A stretch of 62,346 bases of DNA, filler included, from Globobulimina sp. (GCA_003354225.1; 16 parts of 16 records of this genome joined end to end with filler, not necessarily neighbours in it), one strand, 5' to 3'; positions 1-13,510 are shown, counted from the first letter of the whole stretch. Numbers and translations are program-made. Notes: generated by a model not told the origin, from the sequence alone.

Positions 1-3000
1 GAAGAAGAGGAGGAGGATTATGAAGACATAACTTCATGGTTTTCAATCAGTTTATTTCAGGACGTTGGTTGTATGGATGAGGTGAATTTTGCAGTGAAGA
101 ATATTTATGCCTATGATAATACGTATTGGTGCTCTCCAAATAGATGCGAGATGAAGACGGATGATAAGGATATATATTTAATATTCGATGTTTGTGATTG
201 TTATATTGATCGGATAGAAATTATGTATGCTGCCAATAAAGACGCACACACAAACACTATAAATATATATTCCTGCGATGATATCACCGACAATGCTATC
301 AATGGATGGAATAAAATCGGACAACGTAAGCAGTTAACCCATGGCGAGATAAATAAAATCAAATTACAAGACAGGAATAAAAAATTTTTAAAGATTGAAT
401 TGAGAGATTTCGAAGATATTAGATTTGGGGCACTGTCTTATTTAAAATTTGTGGGTAAAGAAAGCGATCAGGACAATGATGTGACGAATAAAGTAAAAGT
501 ATGCGAATGTTCGCAGAGTCAGTTTGGAACGGATATTAATGACATTTTTATTAAAAACACCAAGTTTTGGGCCTCCGCAAATAACAGACAAGCGTGGATT
601 ATATTTGATTGTAAGTATTATGAGATTGAATGCATTAAAATTAAATTTACTGCTACAAATTCTAAGAGTGGACAGATTAAAATCGGGCTCAGCAATGTTA
701 AGAATGTATATAATTTCAAACAAGACGATGACAAATTGGTTGTAGATTTATTAGAGAAAGACAAAGATCGCAAGAAATTAATCGAAGAAGTTGGTTTAGA
801 AAATATTTATGAAACAAATGGGTTCCATAGATACTTAATTATGCGGTTTGATGATAATATATCAAATGTTGGCATTCAGCAAATACGTTTTTATGGGCAA
901 AGATGCGAAAATATACCAACTGAAATCTTATATGAATTGGACAAAGAAGAAAAAGCCAATGTGGATGCAAACGATATGAAAATGGATGGTATAAAGTTTG
1001 GCGATTTGCCCATAATTTTAGTGAATAATTCCGCAGGTTTTGTGAATCCGCAATTTAAAATTGAACATTTATGGAATGATGACCGAGGTTGTTGGGTTTC
1101 GGAGCATAAAGCAGAAAAAGTACATTTTACATTTAATTTGGAAAAGTATAAAGTGAAAAAAATCGAAGTTTTACTCAATCAACAATATCCATGTAAAAAA
1201 TGTAAAATATTCACATGTGATACCAAACGCAAAAAAGAAATGACTTTGCTGTATGCAAACGGAGCCGATGTTAATTTCAACGAAAATCCGCCCGATTTGC
1301 TGAAAGCGAGAATTATTGACATCAATGAAACGAATAAACAATTTTTACGCTTTGAATTTAGTGGGATGGTGACTGAATTCTTTGGTTTGGCAAGGTTTAA
1401 ATTTGTGGGAGATGGCTTGGACGACGAAAGCAAGGAATTACGGATTGATGATTTATATGAAGGCTGTGATGCAGATTTAGTGCATAAATATATATCCCAA
1501 TTAAGCAAACAACAACAAAATGAACTGAATGAGGCACAAAAAATAGATGCAGAGCTCATCCAAAAAGATGGTGACAATCTTGCCTCGGCAGAATGGCAAA
1601 AACATAAGAAAGAATCGCTTCAAATTCCTGTCAAATATTTATATTTAATGACACAAGGTATGTTTTTTACAATTATATGCATACTGTACTATATATTCCA
1701 TGCTGTATTGTGGAAAAAAGGGAAATCAAAATTGCGAAAGACACAGTTTGAAGAAGATCGACATATGAAATTTGCAGCAAAGCAAAGAGAATTAAAGCAG
1801 TTAGCAGCAGAGCGGCAGTTTGTAGCCGAAGTAGAAGCTATGAAAACAATGTCTGTGTCAAAAGTGAAAATCGAGAAAACTTTGAAAGATTATCAGAAGT
1901 TATTGGCAGATGGGAAAAATGTAAAAGCACAGAAGAAGTTTATGGAATATCAGGGCTTGTTACAAGAGGCTCAGCTAAAAACACAGGAATTGTTAGCCTT
2001 TTTACAGCAGGAAAACAATAAAGATTTATGGGCATTGATCGCGGACAGAGATAAGAAACAAGTGTTTGATGCATGGTGCGATTCCATCGACAATCATCCA
2101 ATGACATTATCGTCAAAATACAATGTCGCTGAATATGAATCGTGTAATGCGTGGAGCGTAAAAAAAGAGAATATCGAGCCAGAAAAAGTAAAACAACGAC
2201 ATAAGAAATTAGCAGATATTTTGGATGAATCGTTTGAAGAAAATAGCCGTAAAATGCATAAGTTTCATATGTTTGTATTGTCGACGACGTATCATTTTGC
2301 GCGGCCCCCCAGCTATAATAAAACGTGTTGGTTGCTGTTAGATTGCGAAAGCAAAAAAATCCAAAGATTGGAAATTCAATTCCAAGCGGCATTGCAATGC
2401 CAGAAAATCAATATTTATTCGGGTGCGCATTATGAGAATAATATGAATGTTGAGGCAGAGGAAAAGAAAGCAACCGATGATGATATGTATATGGATGATA
2501 ATGAGAAATGGAAAGGTTTTGAATTGATTCATACCGAAGCTATAGACATGGGTCACATGGCGCAAATGATGCAGTTAATGGCTGGAGCACAATTAGGCGC
2601 AAATAATGCATTACGCAAAATATGTTTAAATGGGAAACATAGCCGATATTTGAAAATTGAGTTTGAGGATTTTGTAATGCAGCAATTTGTTGGTATTGAA
2701 CGCTTAAAAATTTATTCCCAGAATGATAAAGGGGATAAAAAAGAATATTATGATGAAGATTTTCAATTGAAAGTGGTTCAAGAATCGCGAAAATTAAATA
2801 GTGTCTCCGGCGCAATAAATGTTTATAAGAAAGATAGTGGTTTTTATTGGAGAACGAGAACAGAATTAAATAACAGTGCGGAGGAGATAGGATTTATTGT
2901 ATTTGAAACAGAAGGAAAGAAAATCAATAAAATTGAATTTTTAGCAGAAAATAATTATCCATTTCATAGATTTACAGTGTATCAAAGTGATAATTTCAAT

Positions 3001-3807
3001 CAAGATAAGGACTGGAAACAAATCGGTGTTGTTGGAAAGGAGGATATCAAAATGAATGATATTAATATAATATTCTTAAAGGAAAAAACAAAAAGAAAAT
3101 ATATTAAAATTGAGATCATTCAACAAGCCGCGTCATTGAGTTATATGGGAATGGATTATATCAAATTTTCAGGTGAATCGGCATCAAAGTTTATAAATAT
3201 TGCATCGCAGATAGATATTGTAGAGAATTCGGGAACTTTTGCTGACCCAAATATATTGCTTTCGAATATGTACGTTGCCGACGGCAAATATATTTGGATG
3301 AATTCGAATGAATTAAAAAACCCAGCATTGGACATTGAGAATAAAATAAGAGATCGAGTTTGCGAAACATTGAATAAGTTGCGAAATGGTGGCGATATTA
3401 ATAAAAATGAGAAGCATTTTTGTAAATTTCTACTTTGTTGGCAATGTAAAAATATCTATTCAGAGATATTGCAAACTGCCAAAGCTGTAATGACCATTTT
3501 ACGCAAACCATTGGACCAAGAATATCAGCGATTAATTGATATAAAATCACCCATTTTAGAATTAAAATTATCGGAAAATGACGCAGCAAAGAAAGGTATT
3601 TGTAGTAATCGCGAAGTTTTGTTGAATACATACAAACATTGGTATAAGTTTCGAAAAGCAATGTTTTATCCAAATGATTTGCAAAAATTAGGTGCAGAGT
3701 GGGTCAAAATTGGTCTATGTGATGAAATTCCGACATTTAAAGAGTTTTTGCGAGAGACAGTTCAATTTAATATCGGCGATGAAGAGGCGGAGGAAAAAAA
3801 AGAAGAT
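1..3807 (+). CDS. Large protein with at least 5 tandem discoidin/galactose-binding-like (F5/8C or DOC-like) beta-sandwich repeats and a central coiled coil; open at both contig ends
   Basis: The frame is open from base 1. A motif W.S...(W/F)I.FD...I..I.I...R.YL(K/R)(I/F).F...G...(L/I)(K/R)F.G recurs about 5 times. A probable in-frame intron at 1658..1720 (63 bp, GT..AG) explains a spurious hydrophobic stretch. Confidence 0.6.
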
Positions 3808-3907
3808 NNNNNNNNNNNNNNNNNNNNNNNNNNNNNNNNNNNNNNNNNNNNTTAATTAATTAANNNNNNNNNNNNNNNNNNNNNNNNNNNNNNNNNNNNN
3901 NNNNNNN
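3808..3907. other. Artificial contig-joining linker (44 N + TTAATTAATTAA + 44 N); first of 15
   Basis: Identical 100-bp linkers start at 3808, 7714, 11620, 15526, 19432, 23336, 27239, 31142, 35045, 38947, 42848, 46749, 50650, 54550 and 58449. The core gives stops in all six frames, and the flanking contigs are in non-increasing size order from 3807 to 3798 bp. Confidence 0.99.
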
Positions 3908-4162
3908 CTCCAAAACTAGCTACGCTACTTTTTTGTTATTTTTTTTTGTTTTTTGTTATTTTTGAAAGGATATACTTTTATGTCAAATGCACTTTTTAGA
4001 TCAACACGAAAATACTGTTATAAACAAAAGGTATGAAAAATTATTGATTGGTGGGAATATTTTCAGTCACTCCATATCATATAATCAACATTCATATTAT
4101 ATTTCATCTTCAGTCAACCACGCACTCAAAACTCAAAAATCTACAGTCAACCGACAAGAACA

Positions 4163-7100
4163 ATGTCTTTGTGCACTGTGCATCAGGTCCAGCAAAACGT
4201 GAAATGGAAAGTACGCTGTTTAGCAATGTATCACAATCTAATATTTGCTGGCTGCAGTGATCAGATGCTACGCATATTTGCGCCATACCAACGAACAAAG
4301 AATAAAAACTCCATCGAATATCAATGCATTAAATCAGAAAAACTCTGTGGAAAACAAATAACGCAGTTCGAGATCATCGAATATGTAGATCTCCTCATCG
4401 CAATCATTGATGACAGCGTCGTCTTTTATTCCTTATATTCGCCGCGTGAGCTCGGCAATGCGTTCATGGATCAATCCGCCATACGGTTCGATATAAACAA
4501 ACTATTCGACGCCGGGGAAGAAGGCAAAGGCGTTGTCATCGTCACTTGTTCCAAAGCCTGGTCTGATGGCCTTAAAAAAAAACTATTCATCGCGTTCGGT
4601 AAACGGCGTGAAATCACTGTCTATCAATGGAAAGGTGACCATATATCCACATATATTATATATTGTATCCTTGCACTCTCAAATTGCAATATAAATATAA
4701 CACAGGTTCTGTGGCCTCAAATTTGCAGAATGCCTCAGCCAGCCAAGTATTAAAGAAATATAACACGTATCCCACGCCGGATAAGCCCCGTTTGCTGATA
4801 TTGGCGGGAAAGACTATGTTTGTTGGCTTCAAAGAACAGTACGATTTAATTCATTTGGAAACTTGCGTCAAACAAAAGATATTCGGTACGGGGCGCCGCA
4901 ACAACGTGATTGGTATTCGTTTGATCAACAAAGAAGTGTTGTTGGTGGTGGATAAGAAGGGATATTTTGTAAATTATGAGGCCAAACCGACGCGCAGCAA
5001 ATGCATAGAATGGACGGATATCCCTTTGGATATCACTTATTTCCATCCCTTTATCATCTCCGTACTGAACAAAAGCATCGAAATCCATCACCTATCCACC
5101 GGCAAACTGATCAGCAAAATAGATTTCAAAAACGGCAAATACACTGCGTCCGTCTCGTACAAAAACGCTGAAATCTGGTCTTCGTTCATCTGCATCGCCT
5201 CTGGCTACGGAGACATCATTTCCTTATCACGCACACTGATCAGCGACGAGTTGAAATACTTGAAAGAAAACAAACATTTCGACGAAGCCTTGTCGACCAT
5301 TGACTTGTATGAAAATACGCAATTTGAGCAAGAAGGCTTGGATAAGGACCTAAAACGCAAATATATCCTCGAATTTTATGGCTATGAATTGTTCAACGAG
5401 TCTGAGTGGAATCTGTCCGTGGATAAGTTCATAGAATCGGGCATCTCGTCGCGACGCATCATCTCATTGTTCCCTACTTTGGTGCCGGCGGGGCAATGCA
5501 AGCGAGCTCGGACCAAACATCCCATCGACTTTCAGAATGTCACCAATCTGAACTCCACCTTCAAGACTGCCATCGCAGAGTTTCTAATCCCATATTTAAA
5601 CCGCATTCGCAGCATTGTGGAATACAAACAAGAGTACGATTTGGATCCGCCGCTGGAGCGCGACGACAATGATGCTGCGGAATGGCAGTTGGAAGAGTTG
5701 GTCGATACGGTTTATTGTAAGGCGTTGGTGGAGCTGGCGGACACCGGCCAGTTACGGGTCTTTCTGCAGACTCATAACAAATGCAACGTTTCTGAGTGCG
5801 AGCAGCTGCTGAAAAAACACAAGCAATTCGAGGAATTGGTGTTGTTATACGAGTGCCACAAGCAACACAAGGCTGCGCTCAAATTGATGGAGGTGAAGCA
5901 GTCCGAAATCAACGGCATCAACAAAACCATCAAATATCTGCAGAAACTGGGCTGCCTCGACGAGAAATACGAGAAATTGATCCTGCATTTCAGTGAATGG
6001 GTTTTCAAGCGCGACCCGGCCGAAGCTCTGCAAATCTTTACCGGAGACTGCAAGATCGCGCCCTTGAAGATCGTGGACCATTTGGAGGTGATTCGCACGC
6101 CGATTCCGACGCGCATCTCGTATTTAGAGATGATCATCTTCGAAGGCGGCTGCATCGAAAGCATATTCCACGACGAACTGATCAAATTGTACCTGGAGGA
6201 GATCTTCGATGCGATCACGGAGCAGCAACAGGAAGATGTAGTGTCGCGCGAAAAGTACGGCTTGGCGCAGGGCGACATCGTGGAGTTAACGAGCGAGTTT
6301 TCTTTGGGGAAATGGGGATGTGTCAAAGCCGGGACCCAGGCGCGAGTCAGCAAAGTGACGCCGACGCCCAACCATTCCATCCAAGTTTACGTCACCTTTC
6401 CCGAGACCGGCACCTTGGGCGTTGTGCCAAAAGTGCAGCTCAAGAAACTGGACAAAAAGCAACGAATTCGGCCGGAAAAGCTGGAGGGCCGCGTCGGCGA
6501 TTTGCGCCGCAAACTGATCAAATTCCTGAAAACGTCCAAGTTCTTCATCCCCACCAATATCAAGAACTTGTTCCCCAAACACAATCTGTTGGAGGAACAG
6601 GCCTGGCTTCGGGCGCAGATCACGCAGCACCGAGAGGCGCTCAATATCATTGTGTACGATCTGTGCGACGCGGAGATGGCGCAGGAATATGCGGATCAGA
6701 TCTATAATGAGGGCGGGAGTAAGAGGGCGAACCGCAGTGTCACTGAGCGGAGGGAGGCGGATAAGATATATTTGACGCTGTTGGACGTTTACTTGTCGCC
6801 GCCCAATAAGTATAAGTTGGCGGAGGGCAAGTTTTTGTTGCATGCCTTGGCGATGTTGCAGGCGAACCACGACCGGGTGGACGCCATCGCAATGTTCAAT
6901 AAGTTGCCGGCGGGGATTCGAGTGAGTGACTGCTTGGAATATATGGAGGCAGTGTTTAAGTGCTGCTTTGAAAAGAAGAGGGAGTATCAGGTCAAGAAGA
7001 ATTTGTTGAAACAGGCCTCGCTCAAATTGACGCTGAGGAAGAACAAAAAAGAGGAGGCTTTTCAGAGGATCCATATCGATACGAAATGCAATAAATGTCA

Positions 7101-7281
7101 GAAACGGATTGGACAGGCGGCCTTTGTGCGGTATCCCGATGGAAATGTATTCCATTATGTTTGTGTCCGACATAATCAGAGCAATGCTTTTGATATTATT
7201 GCCGATTTGCATGACGATCAGAGCGGGGATTCGGATGTGTTTGATGCGGATAATAGACACAATACATTTGATATCGACTAG
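4163..7281 (+). CDS. VPS39: Vps39/Vam6-family (HOPS/CORVET) subunit; join(4163..4634,4706..7281)
   Basis: N-terminal CNH-like propeller, clathrin-repeat helical region (ELVLLY...HKAALKL; RRKLIKFL) and C-terminal zinc finger CNKCQKRIGQAAFVRYPDGNVFHYVC. A 71-bp GT-AG intron joins two ORFs in frame. The paralogue TGFBRAP1/Vps3 is not excluded. Confidence 0.85.
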
Positions 7282-7813
7282 TCGTGTTTAATAATTGTGT
7301 ACATATATAATTTATAACTAAGTAATTACAAAATCATTGTCTTTTTTTCTCTGTTTCATCCAAGCATCTTATTGATAACTACGATGTGAAAAAAAATGAT
7401 CTTGCTTCTATAGAGTTTTTGCTTTTAGTTCATTCAATGAATCAACATTTAAATTTTCTATTTTCACTAACATTTGACTGCTTCACTCTGTAAGTTACTA
7501 TGATGTGAAAGATCGGGACTTTCAACAAAAATATTGTAAATTAAAATTATGCGTATAACTATAACAGGTGTATACAATTGCGTAACACAAAAAGTAGATG
7601 ATTATTATAACATTTTTTTATATAAATATAACCGATGACACCAACAAAAAAACATGAATATTTAACAAACATAATAAAATATAAAAACAATGTATTAATT
7701 AATTATTAACAATNNNNNNNNNNNNNNNNNNNNNNNNNNNNNNNNNNNNNNNNNNNNTTAATTAATTAANNNNNNNNNNNNNNNNNNNNNNNNNNNNNNN
7801 NNNNNNNNNNNNN

Positions 7814-8407
7814 AAGAGTTATAAAATTGATGTCTCAAATGGTGATGATTTAAAGTCGACGATACAACAAATTAACAATGAATTTGGCCCAATATCATGT
7901 TTGGTGAATAATGCAGCATTGATCTATTTAAATGAAATTAATGCGGATACCATTGACTTATCTGAGGTTGACAACATATTGGACGTAAACTTAAAGGCTG
8001 CAATTCATTGTACATCGTATTGTGTGCCATATATAAAGCAAAGCAAGATTGATTATCCTTTTTTTAAATGTGCTGTGATAACATTATGTTCACGAACATC
8101 AACGCCAAGAAAATTAGGTAAAGGGGAAGCAGTATACGCGAGTACAAAATGGGGATTATTGGGATTTATGGAATGTTTGTTTGAGGAATTACGTGAAGAT
8201 GGAATAAAAGTTTGTGCAATTTTGCCTGGATGGACAAATACAGAGCAACCGCGCCGATATAATGCAAATAAAATCAATTGGGATTTATGTGTACAACCAA
8301 GTGATGTTGGAGCAGCTGTCAAATATTTGCTAACTTGTAGTGACGCAGTGTGTCCTTTTAAACTCTGTTTGTGGCCACAAAGAGATCCGAAAAAATCAAA
8401 ATTGTAA
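7814..8407 (+). CDS. Short-chain dehydrogenase/reductase, 5'-truncated by the contig end
   Basis: Open from the contig start (KSYKIDVS...LVNNA). YASTK catalytic motif and GIKVCAILPGWTNT. Confidence 0.9.
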   Translation, partial: KSYKIDVSNGDDLKSTIQQINNEFGPISCLVNNAALIYLNEINADTIDLSEVDNILDVNLKAAIHCTSYCVPYIKQSKIDYPFFKCAVITLCSRTSTPRKLGKGEAVYASTKWGLLGFMECLFEELREDGIKVCAILPGWTNTEQPRRYNANKINWDLCVQPSDVGAAVKYLLTCSDAVCPFKLCLWPQRDPKKSKL

Positions 8408-8497
8408 ATATGAATAATTATATAATTAAAAACTATAAGATTTTAATTAGAAACGAATGGGTAGGCTTCAGTTTCGATCCAGTTCAAACTCAAATGG

Positions 8498-8935
8498 TTG
8501 CATGCACAATCAGTAAAAGGTAACGCCATATTATTACCACCGGCTATTGCTGCAGTCATTGTAGCATCTCAATATGATTCGGAGACATCATTGTGTAAAG
8601 GAGGATCTCCTTTAGGTTTTCAAACATTTTTGTATCTTTGTGGTTGTATTCAAATCATTTATGGTGTAATTCAAGCATGTATTTATTGCTGCAAACAACG
8701 CTTATCTGACGAGAATCAAATCAAAATAGCGCGTGGTCTTCAAGTCCCGGAGTGTTGTTTATTTACATTCTATTTAGTGTTGGCAGCAATAGGTCTTTAT
8801 ATGTATGTGAATCAAATGAGTGCAGAGTGTCAATCGGAGAGCATTGCGATAATGATATTGTCGTGGAGCATAATACAATTTGCATTGATTGGACTCTGGG
8901 TTTTTGTCGTGGTTTGTGGTATTTGTTATATTTGA
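8498..8935 (+). CDS. Small multi-pass membrane protein; start unclear, possible frameshift near 8500
   Basis: About 4 hydrophobic segments with Cys pairs. No in-frame ATG near the 5' end, and the nearest ATG (8457) is in another frame. Confidence 0.5.
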   Translation: MHAQSVKGNAILLPPAIAAVIVASQYDSETSLCKGGSPLGFQTFLYLCGCIQIIYGVIQACIYCCKQRLSDENQIKIARGLQVPECCLFTFYLVLAAIGLYMYVNQMSAECQSESIAIMILSWSIIQFALIGLWVFVVVCGICYI

Positions 8936-9132
8936 CATTTCAGACCATAAACATGTACACATTTGGCTGTTGTAGACAAAGTTGTGGGATCCCATTGACT
9001 AACTGAAATTACTGAATGAATCGAGTCTATACATATTTAATGTATTACATCATTTACATCTCATCATGTCATAATGACAAATAATAATATTCAATTTGTT
9101 TGTTGTTAAACTTTTACACTCTGATATCAGTG

Positions 9133-9684
9133 ATGGGTTTGTTAGATTTTCTGTTTAACAAATTTTTCAAAAAGAAAGCCCCAAAATGCAGAATATTAAT
9201 ATTGGGATTGGACAATGCCGGAAAGACCTCATGTTTGAAACGATTTAGCGACGAAGAAATTGATCATATTATGCCAACGCAAGGATTTAATATAAAGAAG
9301 CTCCAACAACAAGGATTCAATGCAACCATTTGGGATTTGGGCGGACAAAAAGCAATCCGCAGATATTGGAGAAATTATTTCGATAATTCCGATGCCATTA
9401 TATTTGTGATTGATTCTTCGGATAAACGAAGGAGTGAAGAAGCTGGAATAGAATTACTCAAACTACTCAAAGATGAAAAATTGAAAAACGTTCCGCTACT
9501 AATTCTCGCAAACAAACAAGATTTATCACACGCATTATCCATAAAAGAAGTATCTGAGAAATTGCTATTATCAAACGTTCGCGATAGAGCATGGAGCATA
9601 CAACCTTGTTCAGCCAAATCTGGTGCTGGATTAAAAGATGGGTTGATGTGGACTATGCAAACTATAAAATCAGAGCAAAGTTAG
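9133..9684 (+). CDS. ARL3: ADP-ribosylation factor-like GTPase, ARL3-like
   Basis: MGLL start, GLDNAGKT, PTQGFNIK, WDLGGQ..IR.YW.NYF, NKQD, CSA. Confidence 0.85.
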   Translation: MGLLDFLFNKFFKKKAPKCRILILGLDNAGKTSCLKRFSDEEIDHIMPTQGFNIKKLQQQGFNATIWDLGGQKAIRRYWRNYFDNSDAIIFVIDSSDKRRSEEAGIELLKLLKDEKLKNVPLLILANKQDLSHALSIKEVSEKLLLSNVRDRAWSIQPCSAKSGAGLKDGLMWTMQTIKSEQS

Positions 9685-9736
9685 ACTGTATATTTAAATT
9701 TTCTGATTAAAAACCTTAACTACTCACTTGCTGCTA

Positions 9737-11619
9737 ATGCCGTATGATAACAAATTATTCGTTGGGAATCTACCAAGCTCATTTGATAAAGGCGATTTTC
9801 GTAAATTATTTTCTCATTTTGGAGATATTGGGTCACTAAAAGTATTCGATAAGTTTGCTTTTGTAACATTCAAAGACGCAAAACACGCCGATGAAGCTAA
9901 AAAACGTTTAAATAAAAAAATAATCGGTAAACAATCGATTCATATTGATTTTGCGCGCTCAGCCAACGATCTTATTATTAAACCACAAAAACATAAACCA
10001 CAAACACATAAACCACCTAAACACAAACGAAAATTTGAGTCATTATCCAAACCAACAACATCCACAAATGAACCTAAACGAAGAAAAGTAGCGCATAACA
10101 ATAAACAAATAAAAACTGTAAGAATCCCTCCAATGCGCATAGTAAAAATAACCAATATCCCTGAAAACGTATCAATGAATGAATTAGAACAAGCAATGTC
10201 GAATAAATATATTAATAAAAACGGTTATCAATATTTAATATATCCCTCCAATGATGGCAGGCAAAATGGTATGAATAATGCCTGGATATTACACAAAACA
10301 ATACCCAATGCACAAAATACAATCTTTAAATTGGACAAACTAATCCTTAACGACAGTATGATTCGAGTCTCCTTTGCCCGCAAATTAGGCAAATTGAACA
10401 GAGTAAAAATTATGGATTTACCTGACTGCAATGCCAATAAAGCACAAATAAAAACATTTATAAATACTTATTTTAATAACATTTTTAAATTTGATGATGA
10501 AGAGAATAAAAAATTAGCGAAATACAATAGATTCGCTGGAAAAGCTAGAAAATATCATACAAAACCCTCAAATAAAAAATATGATGTTATTCAAAATATT
10601 TTTACCGCCTCACCGCGACAACAATGCATAGTGATTGAATTTAAAAAAGCTGATTATGCGTTATTTGCAGTGCAACATATGAATGGAATTGAGTTTGCTT
10701 CAAAAACCATTTATTTTCGTTTTGATTTAGAAAAATACCCCACACCGTTTTTCAATAATGAATCAAGTGAAAGTACACCAATTTCAACAGTACAACCCAC
10801 CAAATCCACGCCACAAATACAACAACCAATTATCGCCAGTCCCATCCCACAAACACAGGCCGTCACTGTGGCAAAAACACAAAGCATACAACCTGCCATA
10901 ACTGAAAAAAAGGCCGCAAAAACACGTCATGATCCAAATAAGTTCAACAAAAACATGGTAAAAATGTTTAATATCGACAAATCCGTCAAATACGAACAAT
11001 TAAAAGAATTAATTCTATCTATAATTGATCTCAATTATTATGATCATGTTATATATCCGGCGCCGGATTCATTGCCACATAGTCAAACTGCTTGGATTTG
11101 TTTGAAAAACAACAAGAATGCCAATGTTGGACGAAGTATTATAAAAAAACTAAACGGCAAAGAGATTAACAGTAAATCCGTCGGTGTCATATTTGTAAAA
11201 ACCTATCTAACGCCGCAAAAAATTATGGTTCGCAATTTGCCGGATTCCATCAAAAAAAACGATATTATGCAAAAGTTTTCTGTCTTTGGCGAAATTACCG
11301 ACATTTCCATGAAAGGAAAGGAAAATAACTGCAAAATTGAACATTGCGGCTGGTGTTTTATCACATTTTCCTCCGTGATCCCGGCCGTCAATGCCATGAA
11401 AGAATTAAATGGCTCCAAGCTAAATAATAAAATAATAGCCATCGATTACTCGCTACCAACCGACATTTACACCAAAATCCAGAAACACTGGAAAACGTAC
11501 AATATAAAACAAGGCATTATCGCGGATCCAATTAAAAAAAAAGAAAAAGTGCCCAGCTGGAAACTGTACACATTTATGCGCGATGACTACGAAAAACGCT
11601 CGTTTTTCGTCAAATATAT
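9737..11619 (+). CDS. Multi-RRM RNA-binding protein, possibly RBM28/Nop4-like; 3'-truncated
   Basis: RNP2 LFVGNL and RNP1 FAFVTF, with further RRMs (KIMVRNLP...GWCFITF...IAIDYSLP). About 5 RRM-like units. Confidence 0.75.
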
Positions 11620-11719
11620 NNNNNNNNNNNNNNNNNNNNNNNNNNNNNNNNNNNNNNNNNNNNTTAATTAATTAANNNNNNNNNNNNNNNNNNNNNNNNN
11701 NNNNNNNNNNNNNNNNNNN

Positions 11720-13275
11720 TGTCCATCTTACCCACCGACAGCGCCTCTCGATCCAAACGTATTCACGAATGTGTTAAATGAAGTTGATGAATATATCAAA
11801 GATACGATAATTAGAGAGAACAATATCACTGGATTTATAACATCAATTGTTTATGATCAGCAATTATTATTTTCCAAAGGCTATGGATTGCGCAAATATA
11901 TGGAGCCAAATTCAGGGCCGCCACGAACTGACGATTTAGTTATGGTTGCATCAAATACAAAATTGTTTGCAGCATTATTAGCGTATTACCTCCGCGACAA
12001 TGATTACAACGTATCCTTCAATGACCCCATCACCAAATATCTGCCATCATTCTCAATCAAATCAATCTATGACAGCAACCAATCTTTGACCTTAGCTCAA
12101 TTATTATCGCATACTGCCGGTTTACAGGATTCAGCACCGTCTGGAACCAACGAAGCGGAGATATTGCAAGCATTATCCAAGAAATATTTGGTATATCCGC
12201 CCTATTCGCAATTCCATTATTCCAATTTAGGCTTCTCTCTCTTGGGCAGATCCACAGAGAAAGTGTTATGTGCCGAGACTGGTGGCTGTTGGGAGCAATA
12301 CACTAAGAAAATTATTCTCGACGGGCTCAATTTTAGTGAGTACTCAGGCTTCAATTATTCCACTTATGTCAAGGTATGCACTCTACAATGCAGCGATGTA
12401 CATTATGGCGTATAATTATGTTAAATTGGCAGGATAATCATTGTGCATTTGGTTGGTATCCAGGAAGCAGTGGACAGCCAATGCAAGGACCGATAGCTTC
12501 GCATGGTTGGCAGAACCCAGCTGGCGGAATGTTGGCATCTGTGACTGATATGGCCAAGTTTATGATGTTTATGTTCCGAGATAACATAACAACGTCGCAG
12601 CATCCGTACCAAATATTGGATGGGGTGACAGTGACTGAGATGTTGAAAGGCAAAATGTTATTAAATGATGGCATGGAAAGTGTTGGCACTCCGTTTGAAA
12701 TGCACTACCATCAATTTGCGACATTGCATGATTACAATGCTGGTCTATCCGGGGTTTGGTACAAAGGAAAACAAGGTGAGGTGCGCGGTTATCGTAGTTG
12801 TACGATGATGATACCTGCGTATAAATTGGGAGTGTTTTCTGTCGCTTTGGAAGATCCGTCGGAGATATCTGAAGGAAGTGTTTGGACAAATAATATGTTG
12901 CAGATAATATTGCCGACATTGGATAATTTGTTGTATGAACATTATGTGGATAATGTGGAATATTTTTTGCCTCCAAATTATCAGTTATTGGTTGGTAGAT
13001 ACGGGAATAGTATGAGTATTGAAATGGAAACGAATTCGCGGAAGCAGCAGTATTTAGTGATGACGAGGGGAGCAACAAAGTATAATTTCTTATTGTTTAA
13101 AGAGGATATCACAGATATATATAGAACAGGAAATGATTTGCGTGAGTCTCAAAGTACGTGTTTTTGGGGCGACCAAGTGAATGAATTATTGTATTTTGAT
13201 TTTGCAAACGGTAGTAATAATCATGCGGTCTCGTGTCGAATTGATGAGGACATATACCTGTTTCAACCAACTTGA
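11720..13275 (+). CDS. Beta-lactamase-fold serine hydrolase (LACTBL1-like); join(<11720..12373,12433..13275)
   Basis: SxxK in ASNTK, LLSHTAGL, YSN and PAGG. A 59-bp GT-AG intron joins the two ORFs in frame. Confidence 0.85.
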
Positions 13276-13510
13276 TTTCTTACTATTTTAGCCTTTTGTA
13301 TACATTAATGTTTTTTGACTAACACAAACAAGCAAGAGCATCATGATCAAACTTATAATACACCCAAGAAAATACAATAATTAATGAACTCATGTCAAAA
13401 AATGAACTTTAAAGCAATGGATGGAACGAGCTGTGGAATGCAGAAACGTTCACACATTGCGGCTTCGCAACATTATATGAGTGTGTATGAATTAAATTAT
13501 TGTTTGCAAT

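Noticed and set aside
3852-3863. TTAATTAATTAA recurring about every 3.9 kb as a biological repeat
   Set aside because: It is always centred in N runs of fixed length, so it is an artificial linker.
5772-7260. Long antisense or alternate-frame ORFs over Vps39 (also over kinesin, 34393..35041)
   Set aside because: These are shadow ORFs of GC-richer or low-complexity coding sequence with no motifs.
11720-13275. Bacterial antibiotic-resistance beta-lactamase
   Set aside because: It has a spliceosomal intron and host-like composition, and fits eukaryotic LACTBL1-like hydrolases.
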